This document shows positions 10,620 through 20,177 of a stretch of 56,239 nucleotides of DNA, one piece after another (the stretch's first letter is position 1; each line of letters begins with the position of its first letter). The notes under the pieces are model-generated. The model saw only the letters and a program-made list of their open reading frames with translations, searched no databases and was not told the origin of the DNA. The position numbers and the translations under genes were made by a program. The DNA is from a virus. Its lineage: Duplodnaviria; Caudoviricetes. Location of the stretch: the IMG/VR virus record IMGVR_UViG_3300049927_000161, positions 1 to 56,239 of that record; one strand, 5' to 3'.

Positions 10620-11000
10620 ATGCCAGCATTAGGTGGAAGTTGTGGGAAATTAACCTTATTAGGTCGTCCGTTTAGCATTGTGGGTGACGCTGACATTGGG
10701 CAGAAACTTGTTCGCACGGAAAATGAATCTCAGCCTAACGGTGACGGAACGAGCCGTTTAATTAAAAAGGCAGTCACGCAAAGATTGGAAGGTGTTAACG
10801 TCACAATTGACGACACTCTTTTAGACTTTGAAGCATTGCAAGATTTTGCAGAACTAAAAGACTATATTTCGTTTACTGTTGAACTGCCAAGCGGTGCAAT
10901 TTATTCTGGTAAATGTCAATTAAGTGGCGAAATCAAACGCCAAACAATGAACGCGACATGTGAATTGTCGCTTGACTGCATTAACATGGTATTACAATAA
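10620..11000 (+). CDS. Tail tube protein
   Basis: 126 aa, immediately after the sheath gene, beta-rich. Confidence 0.8.
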   Translation: MPALGGSCGKLTLLGRPFSIVGDADIGQKLVRTENESQPNGDGTSRLIKKAVTQRLEGVNVTIDDTLLDFEALQDFAELKDYISFTVELPSGAIYSGKCQLSGEIKRQTMNATCELSLDCINMVLQ

Positions 11001-11008
11001 GGAGACTT

Positions 11009-11455
11009 ATGGACATTATTAAATTGGGCAGTGCTGACGCATTAATAGAATTTCAAAGAATGATCGATGCGTTTGGTTGCGACATTAACTTAGAAGAAAT
11101 TGGAAAAAGTCCAGAAGAAAGACTAGTTGAGCGTGACAATTCAATTAAAACTGTTTTACGCGCAATTGAGTTAGGACAAATTAGTTTAGAGCAAGAAAAA
11201 GACGAATTTGTCATTGTTCATAATTTGTTTAAGCCATTAAATGAAAATCGACCCACTTTAAAATATAGAATGTTGGACGTGGCCAAGTTAAAGATGTCTG
11301 ACCAATTCAATAATAATCAAGGAATTGGAAAGCAACAAGCCATGATTGCTGCAATGGCTGGAGAAGCCATTGGCATGATCAGTAGAATGCTTGCTCGAGA
11401 TTTCATGATAGCCGTCAAGGTATCAGAAGTTTTTTTTATGGTGCTGGCACATTAA
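11009..11455 (+). CDS. Tail assembly chaperone (G)
   Basis: Between tube and tape measure; ends near a T8 slippery run at 11430-11437. Confidence 0.75.
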   Translation: MDIIKLGSADALIEFQRMIDAFGCDINLEEIGKSPEERLVERDNSIKTVLRAIELGQISLEQEKDEFVIVHNLFKPLNENRPTLKYRMLDVAKLKMSDQFNNNQGIGKQQAMIAAMAGEAIGMISRMLARDFMIAVKVSEVFFMVLAH

Positions 11456-11628
11456 GCAAAGACTGGTATTCAAAACTTGGTTCATTGGTTAATAACGGAT
11501 GGACGGATCACGAAAAGCTTAATCGGATGTCATTGTACGACTTAGACTTTTATTATCGCCTTGTTGAGAAACTCGCCGAGGCGAATGCAAAAGCGGCTGA
11601 AAAGGTGAAAAATGGCAAACGTATTTAA
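11009..11628 (+). CDS. Tail assembly chaperone G-T fusion via programmed -1 frameshift
   Basis: After GTT TTT TTT the -1 frame is open: YGAGTLSKDWYSKLGSLVNNGWTDHEKLNRMSLYDLDFYYRLVEKLAEANAKAAEKVKNGKRI*, stop at 11626-11628. Confidence 0.75.
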
Positions 11629-13435
11629 AGTCAGCGCGATATTTACAGCCTTTGATGAAATCACTAAGCCCTTGCAGAAAATGGGAAAGTCTTTGGACGA
11701 ATTTTCTGCAAAAAATAAAATCTTAATGAAAAATCTTAATACTGCTGGGAGAACGATCGGTAGTGGATTCGGTTCAATTGCTGGTGGAATCATTCAAGCC
11801 ACCATTGCGTTAACTGCTTTTAGATTATTAATCACTGACACGTTTAAAATTGGTATAGACTTTGAAAAAGTTCTCGCGAGTGCCGGAGCCAAGTTTGACG
11901 TTAACATTAAAAAGGGTACGTCTGAATATGCAAAAATAGAAGCAGCCGCTCGCCAAGTTGGCAAAATGACACAGTTTACAGCCGTACAAGCCGCGCAAGG
12001 TCTGGAATATCTGGCCTTGGCTGGCTTTAAAGTAGACCAAGCAATATCTGCTTTGCCTGGTGTTGTTGACCTTGCTACTGCTGCAAATTTGGATCTTGCG
12101 CGTGCGAGCATGATCGCCACAAACAGTTTAGGTGGCTTTGGCTTAATGACAAAAGACACTGAGCAATTAGCGAAGAATTTGGCTAGAGTTAACGATGTAT
12201 TCTTATTAACTTCAACCACTTTTAGTACTGACGTAGAGCAATTATTTGAAGCTGTACGTCAAGCCGCTCCGATTGCAAAACAAGTCGGTGTTAGTGTTGA
12301 GCAGTTTTCCGCTTATGCTGGCGTGCTATCTAACGCAGGCATTAAATCTGAAAGGGCGGGCATTGCTTTAAGAAATATTTTTATTCGCTTTAATGCTTCA
12401 GTTGGACAGGGAACCGCATTGTTACGTAAACTTGGAATCCAAACAAAAGATTCTCAAGGAAACATTATAGATATGACGGATATAATTGGACAGTTAGCAG
12501 AAAAACTTAACAAAATGGGAAGCGCTCAAAGAATTAAATATTTATCCACTATTTTTGGCAAAGAAGCCGTTGCTTCTGCAAGTGTACTTATGGGCAACGT
12601 AGAAGCTATAAAAGAATACACGAAGCAATTAGAACATGCCGCTGGAACCACTGAAAAAATGGCGAAAATTATGAGGGAAACTTTTCAAGGAAGAATATTC
12701 TCACTTATAAGTGCGTTTCAAGATTTACAATTAATATTGATGAATCATGTCTCGCCTGGATTAGGAATTACTCTTGATTTGTTCACAGGATTTTTTAGGT
12801 TAATTGGTCAGCCGGGTCCACTTAAAGAAATTATCAAATGGCTTGTTACAATGCTGGAAGTTTTTATTCCATTAATAACAATTGTAAAACTGGTCACAAC
12901 CGTTATTTGGCTTTTCAATTTGGCGTTGGCTGCAAATCCAATAATTTTATTCACAATTCTTGTCAGTATTTTAATTGGAACATTAATCTATCTATACAAA
13001 AACTGGGACAGACTTAGAGATGGATTTTTTGGTTTCTTAAATACAGCCGCCTCACAATTTCTAGGCTGGGTCATTGCCGTAGGAGACACTATTGTTAATT
13101 TCTTTATTCATCCATTACAGTCTGTGATCGATATGCTTAAATGGGTTTCCAGCTTTTTTAAGTCTGTTGAAACAAAGCCCATTGTTACGACAATTTTAGA
13201 AAAAAAAGAAGTTTCCACAACCGATGACGTTACTCGAAATTATGTTGATAAAGGCGAACAGGGGGAAGACGTTACTTTAAGTTCAAAATTAATTAGACCA
13301 ATTTCTTCCAATGTTAACAATAGAATTGGTGGACAAATTGACGTTAATTTTAATAACGCTCCTAAAGATGCTGAAATAAATACGAAGAGTTACAACGATT
13401 TTGAATTTAATCTAGCGCGGAGTAGCTCATTCTAA
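11612..13435 (+). CDS. Tape measure protein (TP901-family core)
   Basis: TQFTAVQAAQGLEYLALAG, LPGVVDLA, AGIKSERAGIALR, IFGKEA; hydrophobic C-terminal stretch. Confidence 0.93.
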   Translation: MANVFKVSAIFTAFDEITKPLQKMGKSLDEFSAKNKILMKNLNTAGRTIGSGFGSIAGGIIQATIALTAFRLLITDTFKIGIDFEKVLASAGAKFDVNIKKGTSEYAKIEAAARQVGKMTQFTAVQAAQGLEYLALAGFKVDQAISALPGVVDLATAANLDLARASMIATNSLGGFGLMTKDTEQLAKNLARVNDVFLLTSTTFSTDVEQLFEAVRQAAPIAKQVGVSVEQFSAYAGVLSNAGIKSERAGIALRNIFIRFNASVGQGTALLRKLGIQTKDSQGNIIDMTDIIGQLAEKLNKMGSAQRIKYLSTIFGKEAVASASVLMGNVEAIKEYTKQLEHAAGTTEKMAKIMRETFQGRIFSLISAFQDLQLILMNHVSPGLGITLDLFTGFFRLIGQPGPLKEIIKWLVTMLEVFIPLITIVKLVTTVIWLFNLALAANPIILFTILVSILIGTLIYLYKNWDRLRDGFFGFLNTAASQFLGWVIAVGDTIVNFFIHPLQSVIDMLKWVSSFFKSVETKPIVTTILEKKEVSTTDDVTRNYVDKGEQGEDVTLSSKLIRPISSNVNNRIGGQIDVNFNNAPKDAEINTKSYNDFEFNLARSSSF

Positions 13436-14691
13436 TGACGTGGTCAGAAAGATTAAAAGAAGCCTCTTATACTTCACCAAGCGGAGTACGCACCACGTTC
13501 CAATATGAGGACGTGGAAGAAAGTTTTGATAAAAATATTTCTATCTATAGATTTCCAAGTCGTGATGGTGCGTATGTTTTGGGATTAGGCTCAGGCGAAA
13601 AACACTATCCCTTTACCGCTTTTTTAAGCGGAACCAATTATGATTTACGCGCAACCGTTTTTATTAATGCCCTTTATGAGAGCGGCAATGGAATTTTAGA
13701 ACATCCGATGTACGGAACAAAAACCGTGCAAGTCACAAGGGTGATTCGCAAAGACGCTCTAGTCACTGCTGCAAACCAAGCCAGAATAGAAATTGAATTT
13801 GTGGAAAGTACCGATAAAACTTTCCCAGCGACTAATGCAGACGTGGCAAATGATTTATTGCGTCAGCAAGAAGAATTCGATGAATTGGACGCGCAAGACT
13901 ATGCCGACAAAGAAAAATATAATACGCCGCAAGAGCGCGTGGACAGTGAGAGTCGCTGGACAGCATTGCTCAAAATTATAACGGCTGCTTTAACAAAAGT
14001 CGCCCAAATTGAACAGGGAATTAATGCACAGTTCCATAATATCTATAACCAAATTAACAGTAACATTACCACGTTAATTGACGACCCATTGTCCCTTGTT
14101 ATGCAAACAATCACATTGGTAAAAACTCCATCGCGCATGACGCAACAGATTGAGCGCAGATTGAGTGGCTATGCAGATTTAACGCAAAGAATTATTGACA
14201 ATGCAAAAATAAATGATAAAACAAATGACACTCGAAATTCTGTTATTGAAAATTCTGCTGTGCTTGCTGCTGTCGCGGCGGCGGCTGCTCAGGCCACATT
14301 GTTTGCAGAATATAAAACAAAAAGTGAAGCGTTAAAAGCTTCCCAAACTGCATTGGCTATGTATGAGCAAACAAGAAATTATATTGAAACTAGCCAGCAA
14401 CAATTCCAAATTGACGACCTTAATTTAATGCTCTATGGAGATCAAACAGTAGCAGAGAGATTAAATAATATTGCTCAACAAACTTCTTCACGCCTTGCGG
14501 GTCTTGCGTTTACCTTAAAGCAAGAACGGAATGTTATTTTGCAACGGGAAAGAACGATTATAGATTTGTCGTTTGAATTATACGGAAGCTCAAGCGATGC
14601 AATTCTAGACGAGTTAATTTCTATAAATCAATTAGAAGACGAAGAAATAATATTGATTCCTAAAAATAGGAACATTGTTTATTATGCCTAG
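13435..14691 (+). CDS. Mu N/gp43-like DNA circularisation/tail protein
   Basis: MTWSERLKEASY N-terminus, G.LEHP.YG motif, C-terminal LysM-like ELYG..IN.L. Confidence 0.85.
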   Translation: MTWSERLKEASYTSPSGVRTTFQYEDVEESFDKNISIYRFPSRDGAYVLGLGSGEKHYPFTAFLSGTNYDLRATVFINALYESGNGILEHPMYGTKTVQVTRVIRKDALVTAANQARIEIEFVESTDKTFPATNADVANDLLRQQEEFDELDAQDYADKEKYNTPQERVDSESRWTALLKIITAALTKVAQIEQGINAQFHNIYNQINSNITTLIDDPLSLVMQTITLVKTPSRMTQQIERRLSGYADLTQRIIDNAKINDKTNDTRNSVIENSAVLAAVAAAAAQATLFAEYKTKSEALKASQTALAMYEQTRNYIETSQQQFQIDDLNLMLYGDQTVAERLNNIAQQTSSRLAGLAFTLKQERNVILQRERTIIDLSFELYGSSSDAILDELISINQLEDEEIILIPKNRNIVYYA

Positions 14692-15934
14692 AAATTATAT
14701 TGTCAAAACAGGAGATACTATCCAAGCAGTTGCTATACGCATGTATGGAGACGTTTCCAAATATCCTGTTATTTTGCACGCCAATCAACAATTACGACAA
14801 AATGTTCCATTGCAATCTGGCATGGTTTTAGTCATTCCAGACTTAAAAGATGCTCTCGCTCCTATAATACAGAAATCTGACGATCCTGACTTAGTGACCA
14901 TCATTATTGATGGCGTTAGGCTAATTCATTGGTCTGATTTAACGATTGAATTGACCATTGATAAGTTTGCAAACAGCTTTTCATTTTCCGTTCCTTGGGA
15001 CCCAGACGTATTATTGTATCGTAGTTTATTCAGACCATTCACGTATAAGCTTTGCAAAATTTTTATAGGAAATCAATTAATACTGACGGGCAATGTTATT
15101 AATAATAAGCCTAGCAGCGCATACGATAGTAGAACATTAAAAATTTCTGGATATAGTTCTGCAGGAATTCTTAATGATTGTAATTTTCCACAGAGCGCTT
15201 TTCCATTGTATTTTGACGGCCTTACGTTGCCAGAAATTGCTAGAAGTAGTCTAGAGTTTTTTAACTTGGAATTTTTAGACAGTTCAGGCGACACGCAGCC
15301 ATTCGCAGACATTACCGTTAAGCCGCAAGACAAGGTTATCAATTTTTTAATTGATCTTGCAAAGAAACGTGGACTGATATTCCGCAGTACGCCAGATGGA
15401 ACTTTAGAATTAACGAGAGCTTCCACTGTAAAATCTAAATTTACTTTACAGGAAAAAGAAACCAATATTATTGGAATTGAATGTGTACTTGATGGAACAT
15501 TAGGATATTCATCAATCACAGGAATGTTGGGAATGTCGGCAGGATCTAGTGACGAAGAAAACGGAGACCTGTACACGGAAACTGACGAGTTTATAACTGC
15601 TGCAGGAGTATCGCGACCATTTTTATTTGAGTTGGATAATATTGACCAAGGAACAATTGTTGATGCTGTTAAGGCTAAGCATAGAAGGAATTGGTCTGAC
15701 AGAATAAATTATATTTTGACAGTTGAAGGGTGGCGCACGCCGTTAAATGAAATTTGGAGAGAAGACACTCGCCTACAAGTTATTTATCCTAGCGCGTTCA
15801 TCTATATAAATTATGAATTTATTATTAAAACTGTTAGATTAATAACAAGTGCAAATGAGCGCAAAACTGAATTGGAATTGACACTACCGCAAGCATACAC
15901 AAACGAGGAGTTAATAACTTTACCGTGGCTTTAA
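14684..15934 (+). CDS. Baseplate hub protein (Mu gp44/P-like) with N-terminal LysM domain
   Basis: YIVKTGDTIQAVAIRMYG LysM; VEGWR..W and STPDGTL motifs. Confidence 0.85.
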   Translation: MPRNYIVKTGDTIQAVAIRMYGDVSKYPVILHANQQLRQNVPLQSGMVLVIPDLKDALAPIIQKSDDPDLVTIIIDGVRLIHWSDLTIELTIDKFANSFSFSVPWDPDVLLYRSLFRPFTYKLCKIFIGNQLILTGNVINNKPSSAYDSRTLKISGYSSAGILNDCNFPQSAFPLYFDGLTLPEIARSSLEFFNLEFLDSSGDTQPFADITVKPQDKVINFLIDLAKKRGLIFRSTPDGTLELTRASTVKSKFTLQEKETNIIGIECVLDGTLGYSSITGMLGMSAGSSDEENGDLYTETDEFITAAGVSRPFLFELDNIDQGTIVDAVKAKHRRNWSDRINYILTVEGWRTPLNEIWREDTRLQVIYPSAFIYINYEFIIKTVRLITSANERKTELELTLPQAYTNEELITLPWL

Positions 15935-16401
15935 TAGGAAAATTTATACAAGTTGTTGGAAATTTATTGCAGATAAGATATAACTCTATCGCAAATTATA
16001 TTGTTCCTGGACAAGAGTTTTATCCGCCTGGATTTGATTCTAAGCCAATTCCTGGCGACATTCTTTTAGTGGAAAGTGTTATGAGTAGGAACAATCAATA
16101 CGTTATTGGCTGTAAGAAATTACCAGAGGAAAATATTGCGCTTCCTGGTGAAGCCAGAATGTTTAGCCGTGGTGATACAAAAGCTGAAGTCTATTGTGAC
16201 AATGAGGGCGTTGTTAGATTAAACGGAAATTCTTATAGTTTTTTATTATTTGAATTTTTTAGCGCGCATTTTACAGTATTAATCAACGCGTTTAATGATC
16301 ATGTTCATATAGCGAGTGGATCTCCAACGTCTACGCCGACAGTTCCTGTTAGTATTGATATTTCTGATTCTAAAACAACGACGGTAAAAACTGATGGCTA
16401 A
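15925..16401 (+). CDS. Baseplate spike (Mu gp45-like)
   Basis: GFDSKP, PGEARMFS, C-terminal HVH metal-binding motif. Confidence 0.75.
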   Translation: MALIGKFIQVVGNLLQIRYNSIANYIVPGQEFYPPGFDSKPIPGDILLVESVMSRNNQYVIGCKKLPEENIALPGEARMFSRGDTKAEVYCDNEGVVRLNGNSYSFLLFEFFSAHFTVLINAFNDHVHIASGSPTSTPTVPVSIDISDSKTTTVKTDG

Positions 16402-16852
16402 TGAGAATTTATTATTTGAAGGCGACCTAGCTCTTTTTAACAATTTGATCGCCGGAGACATCAATGTTGAGAATGGACAGCCTACAATGGAACAAGGCTT
16501 AGAAACCGCTATTTTTATTTCTTTATATTCTGGCGACAAAAAATCGTATTGGGCTAATGAGAATTTACAACAAACTCCAACGTATCAAATGGGCGGAGAA
16601 TATGAGAAATTGTCGGAAGGTCTAGCATTAAACCCACAAAGCGCACAGCGACTAAATGAGGCAATAAAACGAGATATTCAATGGCTCATTGATGAGAATA
16701 TTGTAAATGAAATCACAACACAATCTTCCATAATAAATGGTGCGTATCAAGTTGTAATTACTGTTTTAAAAAATGATAATAGTACTCAACAATTTAAGTA
16801 TTCCAACAATTGGGTCGGACAGTATTTAAGTCCATCACATGAGAAGAGTTAA
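16394..16852 (+). CDS. Baseplate protein (Mu gp46-like)
   Basis: LETAIFISLY, YWAN, IQWLIDE motifs. Confidence 0.8.
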   Translation: MANENLLFEGDLALFNNLIAGDINVENGQPTMEQGLETAIFISLYSGDKKSYWANENLQQTPTYQMGGEYEKLSEGLALNPQSAQRLNEAIKRDIQWLIDENIVNEITTQSSIINGAYQVVITVLKNDNSTQQFKYSNNWVGQYLSPSHEKS

Positions 16853-16857
16853 AAAAT

Positions 16858-17982
16858 ATGGCTGCTCCAATTATTCCAACAACGACAGAAATTGCGACAG
16901 CCGTAATTTCCGATATTGAAGGAAAAATTGCTCAGTCAATTCCATTTTTGCCTAAAGCTGTTTTCCGTGTTATGGGATTCGCGTGGGCTGGCGTAGCCAC
17001 AATTCTCTACAAATATGCTGGCTGGCAATATTTACAAATATTCCCCATAACCGCAGGAGAGAAAGCTCTTGAATTGTGGGGAGAATTAGTCAATATTATT
17101 CGCGCCCCCGCGCAAAGCGCGCAGCTACAAATTATGTTTGTTGGCACAAACGGACAAACGATTTATACCGGAACGAAGATTTTAAACACCTTAACACAAG
17201 TCGTTTACACGATTGATACCGATGTTACTGTTGTTGACAATGTCGCAACAACCACAATGACGGCAATTACGCCTGGCATTAACGGCAACTTACCGGACGG
17301 TAGTGCCGTGAGTATTGTGACTTCATTGCCTGGAATTAGTAATTCTCCTATTATTACCGACACAATCGTCTTCGGCGCAGACAAAGAAGATCTTGAAGTT
17401 TACCGCGCCCGCGTTGTTGGTAGATTCCAACGCCCGCCGCAGGGTGGTGCATATTCTGATTATAGAATCTGGGCAGAAGAAGTTGCAACGATTATCAACG
17501 CGTATCCTTACGCGGGCGATCAAGAAAGCTATGTTCAAGTCTATAGTGAGTCTGAAATTGGTGTTGACGGTATTCCAGATTCCACAGAATTAACCGCCGT
17601 GTTTGACAGCATCAATTTACCAAACCGTAGACCCGTATGCGCAAGAGTTTTGTCATTGCCGATTTACCGTGCCACTTTTAATGTTAAAATTTATAATTTA
17701 ACTCCAATTAACACCAAAGTTCAAGACGACATTGAAAGTTCTTTAACAGAATATCTATTGAATCGTGAACCGTACATTGACGGACTTTCTGTGAATAACA
17801 AGAGTGTTATAACGTCAACTCAATTGATCAGTGTTATAGATGAGGCCGCACAAGTGAACGGCTCTTCTTTTACTGACGCGCAATTTTTCCTTAGTACCGC
17901 GCCGACGACTGACGTTGCGAAATTTATTTTAGGGGAAGGACAAAAAGCAAAACTTGGCACAATAACCTATGCGACACTATAG
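16858..17982 (+). CDS. Baseplate J-like protein (Mu gp47)
   Basis: GINGN, GADKEDLEVYRARV, PPQGGAYSDYRIWA motifs. Confidence 0.92.
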   Translation: MAAPIIPTTTEIATAVISDIEGKIAQSIPFLPKAVFRVMGFAWAGVATILYKYAGWQYLQIFPITAGEKALELWGELVNIIRAPAQSAQLQIMFVGTNGQTIYTGTKILNTLTQVVYTIDTDVTVVDNVATTTMTAITPGINGNLPDGSAVSIVTSLPGISNSPIITDTIVFGADKEDLEVYRARVVGRFQRPPQGGAYSDYRIWAEEVATIINAYPYAGDQESYVQVYSESEIGVDGIPDSTELTAVFDSINLPNRRPVCARVLSLPIYRATFNVKIYNLTPINTKVQDDIESSLTEYLLNREPYIDGLSVNNKSVITSTQLISVIDEAAQVNGSSFTDAQFFLSTAPTTDVAKFILGEGQKAKLGTITYATL

Positions 17983-18705
17983 ATGGACTATCAAAAACGC
18001 TTTGTAAAAGTCTATAGATTGTTATTGCCCAACGGTAGAGCGTGGAACATTCATCTAAGTAACTTTTTTTTAAAAGTTATTGATGGAATGACGCAAGTTT
18101 GCCATAGACTAAAATCTCTTTTTATTATTATAAAAGAGACGCCTTTTCCGTATTTGACAAATTCAATTGCGGAATGGGAACAGCAATTTTATTTAATAGG
18201 CGTCAATGGAATGACGGAAGAGCAACGCCGTGACAGGTTAGCCGCACAATGGGCAGCGCAGGGAGGGCAAAGTCCAAGTTACATTGAATACATGCTGTCA
18301 ACGATTGGAATTACAGCAAAAGTTTACGAGAATCTAGGACATTATTCCGTAACAATGTTTGACGGTACAACATGCGGTGACGGAGCAACGTGCGATACTG
18401 GAACGTGGTGGGATCCGAATTATTTTATCTCGATTGGCTGTCAACTTTTAGTTAATGGCTTTATTCCAGATAAAACGTATGCGATCTCTCCTAAGCCGAG
18501 TATGTGGGGATATTATTTTGTGGTGGCGGATCCAAGCGGAATTGAAGTTCCGCTAATTATTCCGATAGAATTGCGTAGTACGTTTATAACGACGCTATTG
18601 CAAATAAAGCCCACGAATACACGGGCTTTAATAAATGCGCATTACACGGACGATACAATGGGTGATGGCGCGACAATGGGTGATGGATCTACGATGGTTT
18701 TTTAA
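17983..18705 (+). CDS. Baseplate wedge protein (Mu gp48/DUF2313-like)
   Basis: LLPNGRAW, EWEQQF, GGQSPSY, IKPTNT motifs. Confidence 0.8.
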   Translation: MDYQKRFVKVYRLLLPNGRAWNIHLSNFFLKVIDGMTQVCHRLKSLFIIIKETPFPYLTNSIAEWEQQFYLIGVNGMTEEQRRDRLAAQWAAQGGQSPSYIEYMLSTIGITAKVYENLGHYSVTMFDGTTCGDGATCDTGTWWDPNYFISIGCQLLVNGFIPDKTYAISPKPSMWGYYFVVADPSGIEVPLIIPIELRSTFITTLLQIKPTNTRALINAHYTDDTMGDGATMGDGSTMVF

Positions 18706-18720
18706 TTTGATTGGTGAAAT

Positions 18721-19500
18721 ATGATTGATTTAAACGCGCAAGTTTCCAATACAAATGCTCCAAATGTTGGCGCAGGTCTTGATTATGGTTCTTTTAAAAA
18801 TGACGTCTCTCCTGGCGACCATACCGGAACGCCGTTTGTAGAAATTTATATGAACGACGTTGTTTACGCGCTTTATGCTGTTTTAAAAGAAGCTGCAATT
18901 ACACCAAGCGGCGTTAAAGAAACAACGGCTGTCAGTGATTTTTTAACCGCGTTGAAAAAATTGATTGTGAATAATAATTTTGATCCCTCAGACATTAAAG
19001 TAACATTCAGCGCAACGCCAAAAATTGGATGGATGTTGTGGACAGATTCTACAATCGGAAGCGCAACTTCTGGAGCAGACAGAGCTAATAGTGACACTCA
19101 GGCATTATTTACAGAGTTATGGAATTCAGTTTCAAACACATATTGTTCGGTAAGTGGTGGTCGTGGAGTGAGCGCTGCTGCAGATTGGGCAGCGAATAAA
19201 ACTCTACAACTTCCCCCTACAAATGGAAGAACTCTTGTAAACGTAGCAGGCGGAACTTATAGCTTGGCGGAAGCTTTTGGTGAAGCTACACACACTTTAA
19301 TAGTTACAGAGCTACCTTCGCATAATCATAGCGCATTAGAAGGTGATTTTATTTATGACGTAGGATCAGGTGGCAATGTTGCCGTTAATACAGGTGCGAA
19401 TGCTACGGATAATAAATCAACGACAGCTGACACGGGTGGCGATGGCGCACACAATAACTTGCAGCCCTCAACTGCTGTTTACTTTCACATTAAATTGTAG
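18721..19500 (+). CDS. Tail fibre/collar-domain protein
   Basis: Collar-like GWM..LP..NGR; GEATHTL..ELPSHNH and AHNNLQP motifs. Confidence 0.8.
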   Translation: MIDLNAQVSNTNAPNVGAGLDYGSFKNDVSPGDHTGTPFVEIYMNDVVYALYAVLKEAAITPSGVKETTAVSDFLTALKKLIVNNNFDPSDIKVTFSATPKIGWMLWTDSTIGSATSGADRANSDTQALFTELWNSVSNTYCSVSGGRGVSAAADWAANKTLQLPPTNGRTLVNVAGGTYSLAEAFGEATHTLIVTELPSHNHSALEGDFIYDVGSGGNVAVNTGANATDNKSTTADTGGDGAHNNLQPSTAVYFHIKL

Positions 19501-19511
19501 AGGAAATTTTT

Positions 19512-20177
19512 ATGACAATGATTGTTTTAACAGCAACGACGGAATGGCAATCAACCATTATCACTCAAGAATCTGCTGTATGGACGGACGAATTGGGCGT
19601 TATAGAATTTTCAACTGGAAGCAGTACGCCTTCGTCTGACGATGGAAATTTTTCAGCAATTCCTACAGGAATAATGAACAAACATTTTTTTAAAGAATCA
19701 ACTCAACTTTGGTACAGAAGACGCAAAGGAACTTCACTGTTAAAAATTGATGATCAAATTAGTGATGGTAGTGGACAGAGCGACGTTGTTCCGAATCCTG
19801 TAGTTTTTGGAGCGTTTAGTCCAATTTTCTCACATGGCTCAGATATTACTACAATAAGGAATGTTGTTGGTTCTTATTTTGGAAGTGGTTCAAATGCAGG
19901 CTGTAGAATTATCGTTGTCGTTTCTTTGCAAATTGTTGTTGCTGGAGACCCAGCTACTTTCCAGATGACCAATCCATTAAACGCGAATTTTACTAATAAT
20001 AATCAAGCAGAATTAATCGGTAGCAATATAAAAAGGGCATCGGATTCAGCATTAGTAGACGGCGAGGTATTTACTCTAACAAGCGTTAATGGCGCAGGAG
20101 TTCAAGTACAACTTTCTACAACAATTCCAGACACTTACAATATGACATTCTCTTACATGTATGGTAAACAATCATGA
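19512..20177 (+). CDS. Hypothetical tail-associated protein
   Basis: Beta-rich 221 aa; SD AGAGGA; ATGA overlap with the next gene. Confidence 0.55.
   Translation: MTMIVLTATTEWQSTIITQESAVWTDELGVIEFSTGSSTPSSDDGNFSAIPTGIMNKHFFKESTQLWYRRRKGTSLLKIDDQISDGSGQSDVVPNPVVFGAFSPIFSHGSDITTIRNVVGSYFGSGSNAGCRIIVVVSLQIVVAGDPATFQMTNPLNANFTNNNQAELIGSNIKRASDSALVDGEVFTLTSVNGAGVQVQLSTTIPDTYNMTFSYMYGKQS

Noticed and set aside
18355-18705. GDGAT[CM] peptide repeats in the gp48-like protein as a novel element
   Set aside because: Short Gly/Asp repeats are a common low-complexity feature of such baseplate proteins; nothing points to a separate function.
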